DNA of 64,000 nt from a virus, in the IMG/VR virus record IMGVR_UViG_3300045988_119033, one strand, 5' to 3'. Positions within the stretch are counted from its first letter, which is position 1. Each line of letters opens with the position of its first letter. The position numbers were made by a program, and so were the translations under genes. Positions 18,601 through 28,944 of the stretch are shown here, one piece after another. The notes under the pieces are model-generated. The model did no database searches. It saw only the letters and a program-made list of their open reading frames with translations, and was not told the origin of the DNA.

Positions 18601-18698
18601 AGGATATGGTGGCGGCAAAAGAAAGGGGTGATTTACCTACGTCTTTGAATAAAAACGGCAAGTTGATGAAGTTGTTGAATAGTGTAAATAGGGAATAA
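15672..18698 (+). CDS. Large virion protein (1008 aa), function unknown
   Basis: Long ORF. The putative GTG start overlaps the upstream stop by 1 nt; alternative internal ATG starts are possible. Confidence 0.5.
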   Translation: MASQYSILRQYAPYVSPYNIDLVKDVMMYKQQKVDAAREKIYTQVDYLMGQEIDKPEARAYMEDKMSGVIANINQKFKGVDLSSDGVTRAIQGEISSVLDDTVINAIAGTKEGKRMHKIISDLQINNPELYSAANAYVALKPYNEWVNDGKAGSRLAPLQYTPYTDYNKELKDRIDFISKLHKGAKVQIPILDKDGHPTGAVQEVTKDMLTPEQIASFALSGLSDKARQQMQVEAIYMVDSNPSLYSYNSVLGFMDKQISDKQKYVDALTADLSGLGSDPAKKEMVENEIKRAKSEIASMKSEFSRIDERTYDPYLGAMKVIENNFINNAAASYAYDNSSFIIKADELYWKTKEYNQRERLANLNFEKWKMEFEYERNKDIAEFEYDKNKDEARFGLDEERLKMQNRLNEAKIAKLMSSGAGAAGGRAGSRAMQVGVGINSGGTISANPIETKNISISEETHKKFNKAYTDLVTSGSRLSTALGAENMKNIQAAISRNMTDETSGYKYLMDEEKLLKYIKDNGGLSNDMFDKLPMAERKAATDAYMQLNSAVDKMDIENDRIKKENKIYDNIVSEIANAIVQKEGGEPEEYIAYATALSLNDILRKNRGTVGDVESGIRYYEKGFSPADVATIRKRVKNDGIDLSKVFERDSKSGRDFLKKYDDVKNSFSSDGDEKVFFDALYSISGMEGVGDYAVSDINIANQITKVQDDGINEIRKEYLELYSPNTVTYSTKLTSKEAGYREMGVLRDLFTKKMAEHPVGKSKSSSATIESFSLTESGIADNGEKTYSLVANHTGEREEIDIVEVSETELINNGIDPGINTPSVDIGGYESGIIRPTFGSDTNMWYPKMLENSDISPAYASVSSMMKVLSDMINESGNNLDDMPEQKVWLLNAAKDILDNSGKLGVKVEGYDPKTSYGYGYETRLYLMENGKPELIDSFDTPNVWFADNVSKELAVAPQKKIVDFVVAAITEEIKDMVAAKERGDLPTSLNKNGKLMKLLNSVNRE

Positions 18699-18701
18699 TA
18701 T

Positions 18702-21700
18702 ATGGAAAATGAGGAACAGACATTGGTAGAGAAATCAGGTTTCTTACCATCTACTGGATTAAGAGGGTATAATGCCGGAGTTCCTACGCGATATGAAGAA
18801 GAATCTTCTCTTATTGAGGGAGCAAAAAGAGAGATGGAGAGGATGAAAGTAGGATCATACACTCCCCCAGTATCAGCCATAAATCCTGATGATGATTCAG
18901 AAAAAGGATCTGATATTAGCGGAATAGATACTTCTTTTGATGTAGACACATCTTTTTCTGGATTAAAATCGGCTCTGAATGGTGGAGATGACCCAAGAAA
19001 GAAGAAAGAGGAATCTTATAATAAGTTAAATTCCATGATAAAATCTATTCAAGATAAATCAAGGAATACTTATTCTGGTAAACAAACGTCTTATGGTGAG
19101 GTTATAGCTGGTAATCAACAGTCATCTGCTGCTGATTTTGGTGTATTTGGTAAAGGAAGAACTATTAAGTTAGATGAAGCATATGACTTTTTATCCGATG
19201 GAAACATCGGTCTTGCAAAGTTTAAAAGTTATATGCCAGGAAGGGATAATGAAGATTATTACGGAAGAAGGCAAACTACTTGGAATAAGGCTGTTAATGG
19301 CATAGGAAAGCTTGTAACAAAAACAGCATTATATGGTGTATCAGGAGTAGTAGGTATTATCCCGGCTGCGTATAATCTTATAAAGACTGGTACGTTATCT
19401 TCTGCATTTGACAATGATTTTACACGGACCATAAATGATATAGATGAAAGAATAAACCACTCTCTTCCTCATTATTATACAAGAGAAGAGCGTGATATGG
19501 GATTTTTGCAGAGTCTTGGAACTGCAAATTTTATTTTTAATGATGTTATTGGAAATGGTCTATCGTTTACGACAGGAGCTATTCTGTCTGCCTACCTTAC
19601 AGGTGGGATGGGTGTGTCAAGTCTTGGAGCTGTTGGCGCTAAAGTAGGGATGAAAGTGGCCGGCAAGATGGCAGCATCTAAGATTGCAGCAAGTGCTGTA
19701 AAATCCGCTTTTGGAGCGTATAGAGCAGGAGCGATGTACGGCAGAGCTATCGGCAATATGGCCAAGGTAGGAGTAAATACGTTCGTGGGAGCCGGCTGGG
19801 AGTCTGCTGTGGAAGCTCAGTCCTTCATGAAAGACTCTGAAAGTAAATACAAAGAATATTTTAAAAATATGTATGGTCGGAATCCTAATCAGTCCGAGAT
19901 GGCTGAATTTAAGAGTTCTATTTCCGATACAGCAAACAGCATATTTTTAGCCAATATGGGTATAGTTGGATTATCCAATTATCTCCTTCTGGGAAAATAT
20001 CTTGGAGTAGACACTGGTTTTGCTTCTAAATACATACCTGGATTAAAGGGTGTATCAGATACATATAGAGGATCAAAGAGTTTTATAGATCGTTATTTGT
20101 TTGGATTAGGAACTAAGAAGGTAGCGGGTGATGCTGGAAGGTTACAGACATTAAAAGCAAATTTATTCCAGAAATCCTTAGCTACTGTCTGGAATGTGTC
20201 TAAAAGGCCCATATCTGAAGGCGTATGGGAGGAAGGCATGCAAGGTGTTGCTCAGCGCATGGGGGAAGATTTTATTAGATCAAGATATGATAAGACGTAT
20301 CTTGATGCCACATCTTCTATAGTTGATTCTTTTTCTAAGGCTATAGCTGAACAATTTACAACCAAAGAAGGATTGAAAGAGATTGGCATAGGAGCCCTAA
20401 TTGGTGGTTTATTTGGAGCCAGAAATGGTGCTTTTGGTTTATATGAAAGAAGAAATAAAGAGCGTACTATTAATACCGATGTTGAGAAATTTAATAGCAA
20501 TAATGCCTTTACTTCTCAATCCGTAAAAGACTCTATGCGAAATTTAGCCGAATTTAATGCTCAAATGAATGATCCTGAATCAGATTATTATTCTAAATTT
20601 GAATTATCTGATAGAATGGGAATGTTAGAGGATACGGCTAACAATTTCAGGTCAATGGTTAAAAGCCTTGACGAAGGTGAGCTGGCTTCTGAAATGAAAG
20701 TAGATGAAGAAACTGTCAAAAAATATAAGGAAGATATTATAAAAGATTTTGATAAGAAGTTGGCCAATTATAAAAAAGCTTCTTCTTTTGCTGAGGCTAT
20801 TACTGCTGAGACTTCATCTGATCTTTATCGATCTAATGTTGCTAATGCTGTGTTTAAGGGGTTGGATGCAGAGGATATAGCAATGGAAGCATCAAATGAT
20901 ATTGCTGATTATGTAAATGACAATAATTTTTTTGATGATATAAATACGTTTTATTCATTATCAAGTCAAGCTTTTGATACAGCTAATCAGTTAAGGGAAT
21001 TGCGTAATGAGATCAATGATCTGAATGCTGAAATAGAGAGGTTGGCTACAACTCCGAGAAGAGTAGAGGATGGCAATGATACCGAAGCAGAGGCTATAAA
21101 ACAAAAAACTATTAAATACGATAATCTTAATAAGGAATATAGAAGGTTGTCAGAAGAACTTCTTAGTAGTTATAAAGAAGTATTTTATTCTTTTGATCCT
21201 GGAGTATTAGCTCTTGAGTTGTTTAAATCTGAAACGATAACTGCTGAAGATATATTGAAGGCTTATGACTCTGTAGCTTCTTTAAGTACTTATATTGAGA
21301 ATAATAAAGGAAAGAAAGAAGCAGAGGATTTAAGAAATATGGTTGTGAAATATCAGCAAGCCATTACCCAATATAAGGTTTTACGGTCATTTATGAACTC
21401 CATACAGGATAAGAAATTCATGAGACATGATTTTTCTTTATTTTCTAAGTTCTTAAATGATATGGTATCTTCTAATACTGAATCTATAGAAAGTGATCGT
21501 TTTTATCAGACAGAGGGTAATAATGTCAGTTTGGATGAAAAAATAGATGAACTTCTGAATAATGGAGAAATAAATTTAGATGAAGCATTTACCATGAAAG
21601 TATTTGGTCATCTAAACGATGGTATAACTCAGAAGCCGAAAGAGGATATATTGTCTGATTTTGATTATGAGTTGGCAATGAAAGATCTTTTGTCTGCACC

Positions 21701-24700
21701 TATAGAGGTTAGAGAACGTATCGTAGATAAGATATATACAGGTAATCAAGATCTTTTATCTCCAAGGGAGAAGGAGATATATGAAAAGTATAAACAGGAT
21801 ATTGATGATTATATATCATATCTTGGTGATAGTCCGGCTAAGATGATAAAAGATTTATCGGATAAAGTTAAGAGACTTACTGAACCTCGATCTGTGTATG
21901 AGGATAATAAGATCATTATTGATATGGCTAAATCCAATTTAGAACCAGATCAAAGGAAGGAACTTGATGATGCTATTTCTTCGTATGTGGATATAATGAA
22001 CAGACGGGACAAAGGGGAGAAAGTTGATGAAGATAAGCTTGCTGATTCAGTATTTACCATAGAAGATCTTGGTCAGGCTGGAAACATCACGGATCTCCTT
22101 CCTTATATCGAACAAAACAGGATTATTGACAAAGGTCGTATTTCTGAATCTACGTTGAGTAATTTTGGGGAAGATGATGCTAATATAGATTCTCTTGTAA
22201 ATGAGTTAGATGAATCCGATAATACGCTGGGAGCTAACATAGATAGTGCCCAGAATCCAGAGACGTTGATGGTAAGAAGAATATCCAACGATGGCAATGA
22301 AAGGTATGAAATTGCGGGTCTTAGAGCCGATAAATTTATATCTTCAATAAAATCATTGGTTCCTATTCAAATAAGTTCTGAAACGAACGCTAATGGCACT
22401 AAAAGGTATTCTCTTAACATAGGTGGAGAAACGGCTACTATAATTGAACTTCCTTATCATGCGAGATGGTCTATAGACAAAGAATCGGCTCGTGTTCTTA
22501 ACCGTTACACAGATGTGTCTATTCAGGACGTGGGTAATTCCTATTCTTTGGTTTATAAGCGTCTTGATTCAGATGAGTTGGTTCCGTACAGAACAGGTGT
22601 TGGATTCGGGGAGAATGAAGTAGATAAAATAGACCAAGAAGCATTATCTTCTTTGAAAAAAGGAGATAAGGTTAATCTTGAGATAGATGTCAATGATACT
22701 TATAATCAGTCTCTTTTTACCGAATATGATAACGCTGTTCAGTCCGGAGATAGAAATAAAATAGAATCTGCCGAAAATAAGTTGGTATCCAATATGGTTA
22801 TCAAGGTCATGAGTGGAAACAGATTCGTTTCTGTTGTAAAAGCTGACACGGGTGGCATAGATGGTATAAGTAAAATAAGGAGAACGGCCTTTAATAAGTG
22901 GAAGAAGGATGCTGGTCGGTCGGCCACCATCAACGTCGGCACACATGTTGTTGCCCAGACCCTTCCCGGAAGACCGGTGTTTAACATGAGAGTAAATGGA
23001 CAAGGATATGGACAGGTAGAGAATCTTCCTATTACCGAAAAAGGAGCTGAAAAAGTATCTGATGTGGGGTATGTCTTAAACGGCAAAGTCGCGCTTAAGA
23101 ACGGTTCTAAATACACAGGATTCCCATTTGCTTATTCTATATTAAACGATAAGAAAAACAATTACAAAAATGTAAGAGTTCCGGTAGTCGTTATCAAGGG
23201 TAAAAATGGTCTTAATTATCTTTTCCCTGTTAGTCTACGTTCTGTAGAATCAGAGGAAGGAAATAAATGGATGTCTTTTATAGATATGTTGCTTGAATCT
23301 GGTGATTCTGAATTGCTACAGATAGGTCAAGATGACATACAAGATCTCAATGCGTATCTAACCAAGTTAGGCCTTGATCCGGCTTCATATCAGGTATCGT
23401 ATTTGAATCCTGTTTCAGGGCTTAGGAAAGCTCGTGAGGCTATAGAAAAATTATCTACGGTCCCTGATGTTGTTAAGTGGGTAGAAGATGGAAGTAGGAG
23501 TGTGAAAGATATTGTGACGTCTGAAGTAGAATCTGGAATAGATTTCGAAGGTGAGATGTTTGTTGCTCCTAAGATCAGGATTCAGTTTGGTAAATCATCT
23601 TCCAGACCCAAATCACTTATAGAGGATGAACTTCCTTTCTCCGATGAGGGTAAGACCATTACTTCTAAAGAAGACGTGGATGTTTATGAAGAGGAAACGC
23701 CAGAGGAAGAGCCTGTCCAGGCGACTCAGCCGACGCCATCAACTCAGCCGGCTCCTGCGGCACAAGCTGCGCAGTCTTTACCTGGCAAGAAGCGTACCTC
23801 CAGAAAAAACTTCTCTCTTATGTTAAACGAAATAGAATCTCATATAGAAAAAGAAGGATTGCCGCCTTATGCTAATATTTTTGATTTTATAGCAAGGAAG
23901 ATTGTAGGAGGCGATTTGAGGTTTCTTCGTGAGAGAGGTAATCCAAAAAGTCTTAAAGAGGAAATGGGATTAGAACCTAAAGGAACAGTAGGTGATAAAA
24001 TATCCACTCCTTCCAGTAAAGGTGGTAAGACTTTAGAAGAATACGTTTCTTGGCTTCGTTCTCAAACAGATCAGGTAGTAGCGGATTATGTTAGTCCAAG
24101 ATCTGACGAACAAATTATATCAGAGTTGAAAAACTTTTTGAAATATATTAATTTTGTTCCAAGCAAGGCTTTGAATTATTCTCTTAGAGTCAATGGCATG
24201 GATACCCTAAAAGAATATGGCACAAAAGAGGAAGTAGAAAAAATGGAATCTGACATCAATAGTTTGGTTTCTGAAGTTTTGTCTACGGTGGATAACCAAA
24301 CTGTAGAAGATGTTTCTACTGCAATAGAATCAAACAACTTGCCTGCCATATGGGGGCCCGTGGAAAGTCTTGATATGACAAACGAGGAAAAAATAGAGTT
24401 TTTGAATAACGTAGCAGATTTCCTTAGTGGCATTCCAGAGTATGATGCTGTTGTGGAGTCTATAGAGTCAGAATCAGATAATATTTTAAATGATGGGAAA
24501 GAAGGAAGTGCAGAAGGCGGTGCAGTACGCACTGAGGAAGATGGTGATAAAAAGGGAGATGGAGAAGGCAAAGGACAATCCAGAACAAATGTCGAAGTTG
24601 AAGGAAATGTCGAATTACCTGGATCTGAAGAAGGAAGAGTAGATAACTATAGGAAGAACGGAGATAAGTTCTCTGACATTGCTGAAGTTACTTTATGGCT

Positions 24701-25418
24701 ACTTAGAAGGGCTGCCGGCATAACCTCTATCCCGGAAGGAGAAGAGGTTTATGTAGAGGGAGATGAGGTTAATAGTATTATGACCGATATGGAATCAAGG
24801 TATGGTATAGACACCATCAATCACTCGCATACGACTAAGGCTATAAGGGATCTTAACGGCGTATCAGGTTATAAAGTAGAATACGGCTTAACCTTTTTGA
24901 CATACGATCCTTTTATTAGAATATCCAATCTAAGGAAAGGATCTAAGGCTGCGAAAGACGAACCTCGTATATCCGAAGAGTCGCTTACTCACATATCAAG
25001 GGTGACAACCCCTTATTTCCTGTACGGCGGCGATGAAGCATATACATCTGTTCCGGCTAAGGTAGAACCTATACCGGAGAAGATAATGGGTCGTAATGGC
25101 ATTAAATTTGGTATGAGTGTAGTCGAGCTAACCAAATTAGGATACAAAAAAGCTGGTGGAAACTGGATATATAAATTCTATATGAACTCAGGTGTGTATG
25201 ATTTGTATAATATCAGTACCGGTGAAGCGTTTAGGGCAAAACCGGATCTTGGAGTTAAGATAAGTTCCAGCGCATTCATCCGTTCTTTATCTCAATCTGG
25301 TAGAAAAATACAAAATATGATGAGTAACATGAGCCAGGAAGAGATAGATAGAAATAAGAATCTTGTAGAAGGTTCTGATAATTCAGATTCGATAAATGAG
25401 TTAAATAAGGAGTGTTGA
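18702..25418 (+). CDS. Giant virion protein (2238 aa) with glycine-zipper/TM-like segments; tape-measure- or ejection-protein-like
   Basis: 6.7 kb ORF. Residues around 210-350 are rich in small-residue hydrophobic repeats such as GVSGVVGIIPAAY and GAVGAKVGMKVAGKMAASKIAASAV. It has long coiled-coil-like regions and a Pro/Ala/Gln-rich linker near the C-terminus. Confidence 0.5.
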   Translation: MENEEQTLVEKSGFLPSTGLRGYNAGVPTRYEEESSLIEGAKREMERMKVGSYTPPVSAINPDDDSEKGSDISGIDTSFDVDTSFSGLKSALNGGDDPRKKKEESYNKLNSMIKSIQDKSRNTYSGKQTSYGEVIAGNQQSSAADFGVFGKGRTIKLDEAYDFLSDGNIGLAKFKSYMPGRDNEDYYGRRQTTWNKAVNGIGKLVTKTALYGVSGVVGIIPAAYNLIKTGTLSSAFDNDFTRTINDIDERINHSLPHYYTREERDMGFLQSLGTANFIFNDVIGNGLSFTTGAILSAYLTGGMGVSSLGAVGAKVGMKVAGKMAASKIAASAVKSAFGAYRAGAMYGRAIGNMAKVGVNTFVGAGWESAVEAQSFMKDSESKYKEYFKNMYGRNPNQSEMAEFKSSISDTANSIFLANMGIVGLSNYLLLGKYLGVDTGFASKYIPGLKGVSDTYRGSKSFIDRYLFGLGTKKVAGDAGRLQTLKANLFQKSLATVWNVSKRPISEGVWEEGMQGVAQRMGEDFIRSRYDKTYLDATSSIVDSFSKAIAEQFTTKEGLKEIGIGALIGGLFGARNGAFGLYERRNKERTINTDVEKFNSNNAFTSQSVKDSMRNLAEFNAQMNDPESDYYSKFELSDRMGMLEDTANNFRSMVKSLDEGELASEMKVDEETVKKYKEDIIKDFDKKLANYKKASSFAEAITAETSSDLYRSNVANAVFKGLDAEDIAMEASNDIADYVNDNNFFDDINTFYSLSSQAFDTANQLRELRNEINDLNAEIERLATTPRRVEDGNDTEAEAIKQKTIKYDNLNKEYRRLSEELLSSYKEVFYSFDPGVLALELFKSETITAEDILKAYDSVASLSTYIENNKGKKEAEDLRNMVVKYQQAITQYKVLRSFMNSIQDKKFMRHDFSLFSKFLNDMVSSNTESIESDRFYQTEGNNVSLDEKIDELLNNGEINLDEAFTMKVFGHLNDGITQKPKEDILSDFDYELAMKDLLSAPIEVRERIVDKIYTGNQDLLSPREKEIYEKYKQDIDDYISYLGDSPAKMIKDLSDKVKRLTEPRSVYEDNKIIIDMAKSNLEPDQRKELDDAISSYVDIMNRRDKGEKVDEDKLADSVFTIEDLGQAGNITDLLPYIEQNRIIDKGRISESTLSNFGEDDANIDSLVNELDESDNTLGANIDSAQNPETLMVRRISNDGNERYEIAGLRADKFISSIKSLVPIQISSETNANGTKRYSLNIGGETATIIELPYHARWSIDKESARVLNRYTDVSIQDVGNSYSLVYKRLDSDELVPYRTGVGFGENEVDKIDQEALSSLKKGDKVNLEIDVNDTYNQSLFTEYDNAVQSGDRNKIESAENKLVSNMVIKVMSGNRFVSVVKADTGGIDGISKIRRTAFNKWKKDAGRSATINVGTHVVAQTLPGRPVFNMRVNGQGYGQVENLPITEKGAEKVSDVGYVLNGKVALKNGSKYTGFPFAYSILNDKKNNYKNVRVPVVVIKGKNGLNYLFPVSLRSVESEEGNKWMSFIDMLLESGDSELLQIGQDDIQDLNAYLTKLGLDPASYQVSYLNPVSGLRKAREAIEKLSTVPDVVKWVEDGSRSVKDIVTSEVESGIDFEGEMFVAPKIRIQFGKSSSRPKSLIEDELPFSDEGKTITSKEDVDVYEEETPEEEPVQATQPTPSTQPAPAAQAAQSLPGKKRTSRKNFSLMLNEIESHIEKEGLPPYANIFDFIARKIVGGDLRFLRERGNPKSLKEEMGLEPKGTVGDKISTPSSKGGKTLEEYVSWLRSQTDQVVADYVSPRSDEQIISELKNFLKYINFVPSKALNYSLRVNGMDTLKEYGTKEEVEKMESDINSLVSEVLSTVDNQTVEDVSTAIESNNLPAIWGPVESLDMTNEEKIEFLNNVADFLSGIPEYDAVVESIESESDNILNDGKEGSAEGGAVRTEEDGDKKGDGEGKGQSRTNVEVEGNVELPGSEEGRVDNYRKNGDKFSDIAEVTLWLLRRAAGITSIPEGEEVYVEGDEVNSIMTDMESRYGIDTINHSHTTKAIRDLNGVSGYKVEYGLTFLTYDPFIRISNLRKGSKAAKDEPRISEESLTHISRVTTPYFLYGGDEAYTSVPAKVEPIPEKIMGRNGIKFGMSVVELTKLGYKKAGGNWIYKFYMNSGVYDLYNISTGEAFRAKPDLGVKISSSAFIRSLSQSGRKIQNMMSNMSQEEIDRNKNLVEGSDNSDSINELNKEC

Positions 25419-25951
25419 GTATAAGAAGGAGATTTTTTAATGCTGCGGATAATTTTGTGGGAGGATGTTATAATAAGTTATCTAATGAAGATATAAAAAG
25501 GCTTGGAGGAAAAAGACCTTATGTATGTCAGTTTAATAAAATTCATATACATATAGGGCCTGTATTAAAAGATTATGATTCCGAAGAAAGTTATATAATG
25601 TTTAATAGTGATTGGAATCATGGTGGTTATGAATCTAAGGTTTATCATCATAGCAATAATGGCATTTTTATATTAGGTGAAAACAAAATTGGTAATATAG
25701 AAGATCATATACAGGATCTAACATATTGGTACGAATATGATCCAAACATTAATGAAAATTATTGTTATTGTTATTATGAAGCTGATAACAGCGGAAATGC
25801 TATTAAGTTGAGCCGTGAGTTTGGTGATGTTTGCACTGTTTTTAATATTCCCAGTTTGAAAGTTACTACTCTTCGTGATGGCGGTTTGAGTTTCCCAGAG
25901 ATTTATATAGAAGGAGTTTGGGATTCGTTATTGTATAAGTCGGTTTTATAA
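25412..25951 (+). CDS. Hypothetical protein with an RRRFF N-terminal motif (start uncertain: GTG 25412, TTG 25415 or ATA 25421)
   Basis: ORF overlapping the stop of the giant gene. The codon at 25421-25423 is ATA where homologous ORFs 4934 and 42978 have ATG (ATAAGAAGGAGATTTTTT versus ATGAGAAGAAGGTTTGAG). Confidence 0.4.
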   Translation: MLSIRRRFFNAADNFVGGCYNKLSNEDIKRLGGKRPYVCQFNKIHIHIGPVLKDYDSEESYIMFNSDWNHGGYESKVYHHSNNGIFILGENKIGNIEDHIQDLTYWYEYDPNINENYCYCYYEADNSGNAIKLSREFGDVCTVFNIPSLKVTTLRDGGLSFPEIYIEGVWDSLLYKSVL

Positions 25952-25952
25952 T

Positions 25953-25960
25953 TAACTTTG
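25953..25960 (+). promoter_or_regulatory. -7 box TAACTTTG upstream of ORF 25978
   Basis: TAnnTTTG motif 17 nt before the ATG. Confidence 0.35.
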
Positions 25961-25977
25961 CAAAAAAGTTAATTATT

Positions 25978-28236
25978 ATGGGTGTCAAATGTCAGATAGA
26001 AAAAAAGGAAAATGAAATAAAACGGGTTAAGGCTCCTAACGGGGAGCCTTCCGTTCTTTACGAAAGTGCTTTAAAGGTATTAGGAAACAGTGAGCGGGCT
26101 CTTCAGGTATGGGCTAAGGCTTACACTCCTGGTTTTTTGTCGTATTACGGTCATTGGAATAACCCGGCTCCAGGGGAGATGTTTAATACCGATCCCAATG
26201 GCGAACCTCTTTTAGAAGACGTGCTGTCGTATATGAAGCGTCAGACTTATTTTGCTGATCCTTTAACGGCTCAGGACATTAAGGATGTAAGGGATTTCCT
26301 TTTGTCTACTCATTATTTTTTCAATGCGTCTTCATTGTCTAATGCTATCCTCTTCGATTTTTATGTAGATGGCAGTTTGATACTGAATGAGCAGAAATTA
26401 AGGAGATCCGGTTTGTATGATGAAACAGAGATAAGTCGTATCTTATCCGATCCTTCTGTTTTAAATGAGGTTTCGACTTCCATGAGAAAGTTAATAGATT
26501 GTTCTATTAACGAACATGATAGGGAAAAGGATAATTATTTTATGTCTGTTGACTATCAGTATGGTCCTATTGTTTACAAGGAGGGAGTGTTTAACCAATT
26601 TGGTAAAAAAGTGCCATATAATCCTTCTGAGCTTTATTATGCTATGCGTAAAACAGTAGCCGGCATAAAAAACTTTTCTGAATTTTCATCTGCTTTTGAA
26701 TCGTTGAGAAACTCATATCCTGAACTGGTTGAGAAATTCGTTTCTGATAAAGAATTTGCCGAATCTATGTTTGATGAGTTTTCATCTACGAATAAGATTC
26801 CGGTAATAAACATAGAAGGGGATGATATGGTAGAAGGCAAGAGAAGATCTTTGTCTAAGCTACAAGATCTTTCTTATTACAATTCCGGCAAAATAGAGTT
26901 CCTAAGAGCTCGTATATCAGCTTATTTACATAGGGTTAATGCCGACACCGAATCCGATTTAAGAAGCATGATATGGGATATAGAAGAGGCTTGTACGTGG
27001 TTTGGCATAGATATAATAGGGACATCGGAAACTTATGATGGCACAGAAGAATCTTTGAATAAGATAGATAATTTGATGCTGGATCTTGATATTTATGTGG
27101 CCAGGCACAATGATGTAAATTATGCTCCTACGTTGGCATCTTCTATTGATGATGTTCTTGGTGATAGTACAGACTATTATTTTGGATTATTGCCGGAGTA
27201 TATGGATAATTTGAATATCGTTTATTCTGAATCCAATATAGACCCAGTAGAAGCATTTGAGAAACATTCATTGCTTAAGGTAGGAGATAATCTATATCAA
27301 AGGATCAGCAAAGATGATCTTAACGAGATGTATCAAATATCAACAGTATTAGCCAAGCACAACCTAACTCATTTTTCTACTAAAATATATCCTGAATCTT
27401 GTTTTAAGAACGGCGTTTTGGATAAAGAGAAAGTACGGAACGTAGATAATAATACGCTCATGGATTCCATTAAAAAATACGTCAGATCGTTCATGGATTC
27501 TCAAAACACAGAGGACATGATAATGACCAGGATGGCGTTTGGGCACCCGGCGGTACTTGACATTTCTTACGCGGATATGGATCGGGAGTATAGTCGATAC
27601 ATGAACAAAAAACAAGATAGCGAAAACCCATTATCCTTATTCGATTTATACCAATCTTACCTTGACAACAAACTCCATAAAACAAAATTATATGATAATG
27701 CCTATAAGTATCTTGACTTCAAACCTGGTCCATCTTTGGGCCTTATTTCTGATGATCCTGATATTCTGAAATCAATAGAATTATCTTTATCTGGAAAAGA
27801 CAGGTTGATGTTGTTTGATTATAGCATGACCAGCACCGATCCTTCTTTATCAAAATTGTTTTATTTGGATAGGTATGACCCTTCGTATGCCGATAATGAT
27901 TTTGAACATTATTTTTACACCAGGCACCCGTATCTGTTAAAAGAAAAATCGGGTCCTAATATCGTAGAGCAAGATGGTGTTATAACAGCCGAAGGTATTT
28001 ATGATAATTTTATAAGAGTAGGTAATAAGATATGGTCTAAAGTAAGCGAAAGTAGTTCCGGCTCTATCTACCAAAATCTGACAGGAACCGAATCGGAGGT
28101 GAAATACGATTCTACTCAGAAGGTTAAGACGGTAGAAACCGATTACGCTCCATACCAAAACAGATCTGGCCTGACGCAAGATATGATCGTAAGCAAGTCT
28201 GAATTGGATGATCTTAATAAATTGGAATGCAGGTAA
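25978..28236 (+). CDS. Large virion protein (752 aa), function unknown
   Basis: Long ORF followed by a terminator at 28282-28310. Confidence 0.5.
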   Translation: MGVKCQIEKKENEIKRVKAPNGEPSVLYESALKVLGNSERALQVWAKAYTPGFLSYYGHWNNPAPGEMFNTDPNGEPLLEDVLSYMKRQTYFADPLTAQDIKDVRDFLLSTHYFFNASSLSNAILFDFYVDGSLILNEQKLRRSGLYDETEISRILSDPSVLNEVSTSMRKLIDCSINEHDREKDNYFMSVDYQYGPIVYKEGVFNQFGKKVPYNPSELYYAMRKTVAGIKNFSEFSSAFESLRNSYPELVEKFVSDKEFAESMFDEFSSTNKIPVINIEGDDMVEGKRRSLSKLQDLSYYNSGKIEFLRARISAYLHRVNADTESDLRSMIWDIEEACTWFGIDIIGTSETYDGTEESLNKIDNLMLDLDIYVARHNDVNYAPTLASSIDDVLGDSTDYYFGLLPEYMDNLNIVYSESNIDPVEAFEKHSLLKVGDNLYQRISKDDLNEMYQISTVLAKHNLTHFSTKIYPESCFKNGVLDKEKVRNVDNNTLMDSIKKYVRSFMDSQNTEDMIMTRMAFGHPAVLDISYADMDREYSRYMNKKQDSENPLSLFDLYQSYLDNKLHKTKLYDNAYKYLDFKPGPSLGLISDDPDILKSIELSLSGKDRLMLFDYSMTSTDPSLSKLFYLDRYDPSYADNDFEHYFYTRHPYLLKEKSGPNIVEQDGVITAEGIYDNFIRVGNKIWSKVSESSSGSIYQNLTGTESEVKYDSTQKVKTVETDYAPYQNRSGLTQDMIVSKSELDDLNKLECR

Positions 28237-28281
28237 TTTTTGTGTACATATATATAGTTTTTTCATAGTTATAATTTGGGA

Positions 28282-28310
28282 AGTGAGGCTTGTGAAAGTC
28301 TCACTTTTCT
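28282..28310 (+). terminator. Rho-independent terminator
   Basis: Stem AGTGAG/CTCACT with a 12-nt loop, followed by TTTTCT. Confidence 0.55.
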
Positions 28311-28459
28311 CATATATGTACGTATATCAATAACATACAAGAAAAGTTAGATTTTCGTTGTTTATGAATTATTTTTATTAAGTTTGCAATATTAGTTTCA
28401 GGAAGGGATTATAGAAAATAGGGAAGGTAAGAACAGAACGTAACTAATAACGGTAGGAA

Positions 28460-28657
28460 ATGAGAATCAGTACCATCAAACGTAATAACAGCATTCATCT
28501 TATGTATAAAAACATTATGAATGATTTAGGTCAATTAAGAACTGTAGTTTCAAAATCCTATATTTATAATCTGATACGAAATCAAACCGGATTAAGTATC
28601 AGAACTATATCCCATGTCTTGAATCACACGAAAGAACAGGATACAGATTCTTTGTGA
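28460..28657 (+). CDS. Small protein (65 aa) with a LacI-type helix-turn-helix signature
   Basis: TGLSIRTISHVLNH resembles the LacI-family HTH consensus (GVSxxTVSRVLN). It sits alone in a 750-bp otherwise non-coding region that contains palindromes. Confidence 0.35.
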   Translation: MRISTIKRNNSIHLMYKNIMNDLGQLRTVVSKSYIYNLIRNQTGLSIRTISHVLNHTKEQDTDSL

Positions 28658-28740
28658 AAACCATACATTTTCATACATTTGTGTGTTCTTTAGTTTTTAG
28701 ATTTAAGTTTTTCATGGTATTAGTTTAGATTAGTGTAGAT

Positions 28741-28775
28741 CAGGGTTCGCAGTGATGCGGGCCCTGGTTTGTTTT
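28741..28775 (+). terminator. GC-rich hairpin followed by GTTTGTTTT; likely terminator of the small HTH gene
   Basis: CAGGG...CCCTG outer stem with inner CGCA/TGCG pairing, followed by a T-rich run. Confidence 0.45.
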
Positions 28776-28823
28776 ACAGTGCTTTACCCAAAATGGGAAA
28801 GGCAAAAGTTTATGATTATCAGG

Positions 28824-28846
28824 TTTTCCCCTTAAATGGGGGAAAA
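28824..28846. promoter_or_regulatory. Near-perfect 23-bp palindrome TTTTCCCC-TTAAAT-GGGGGAAAA; candidate operator
   Basis: Inverted repeat with an AT-rich centre. A related shorter CCCAAAATGGG lies at about 28786-28796. Confidence 0.4.
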
Positions 28847-28944
28847 TTAATTATTGTGTATTATACTTCCGTTTTTGCTGAAAATACTTCTCTTCTATAG
28901 GAAACAAACACACCTGTATTCCACCCTGCAATCATGATCTTTGT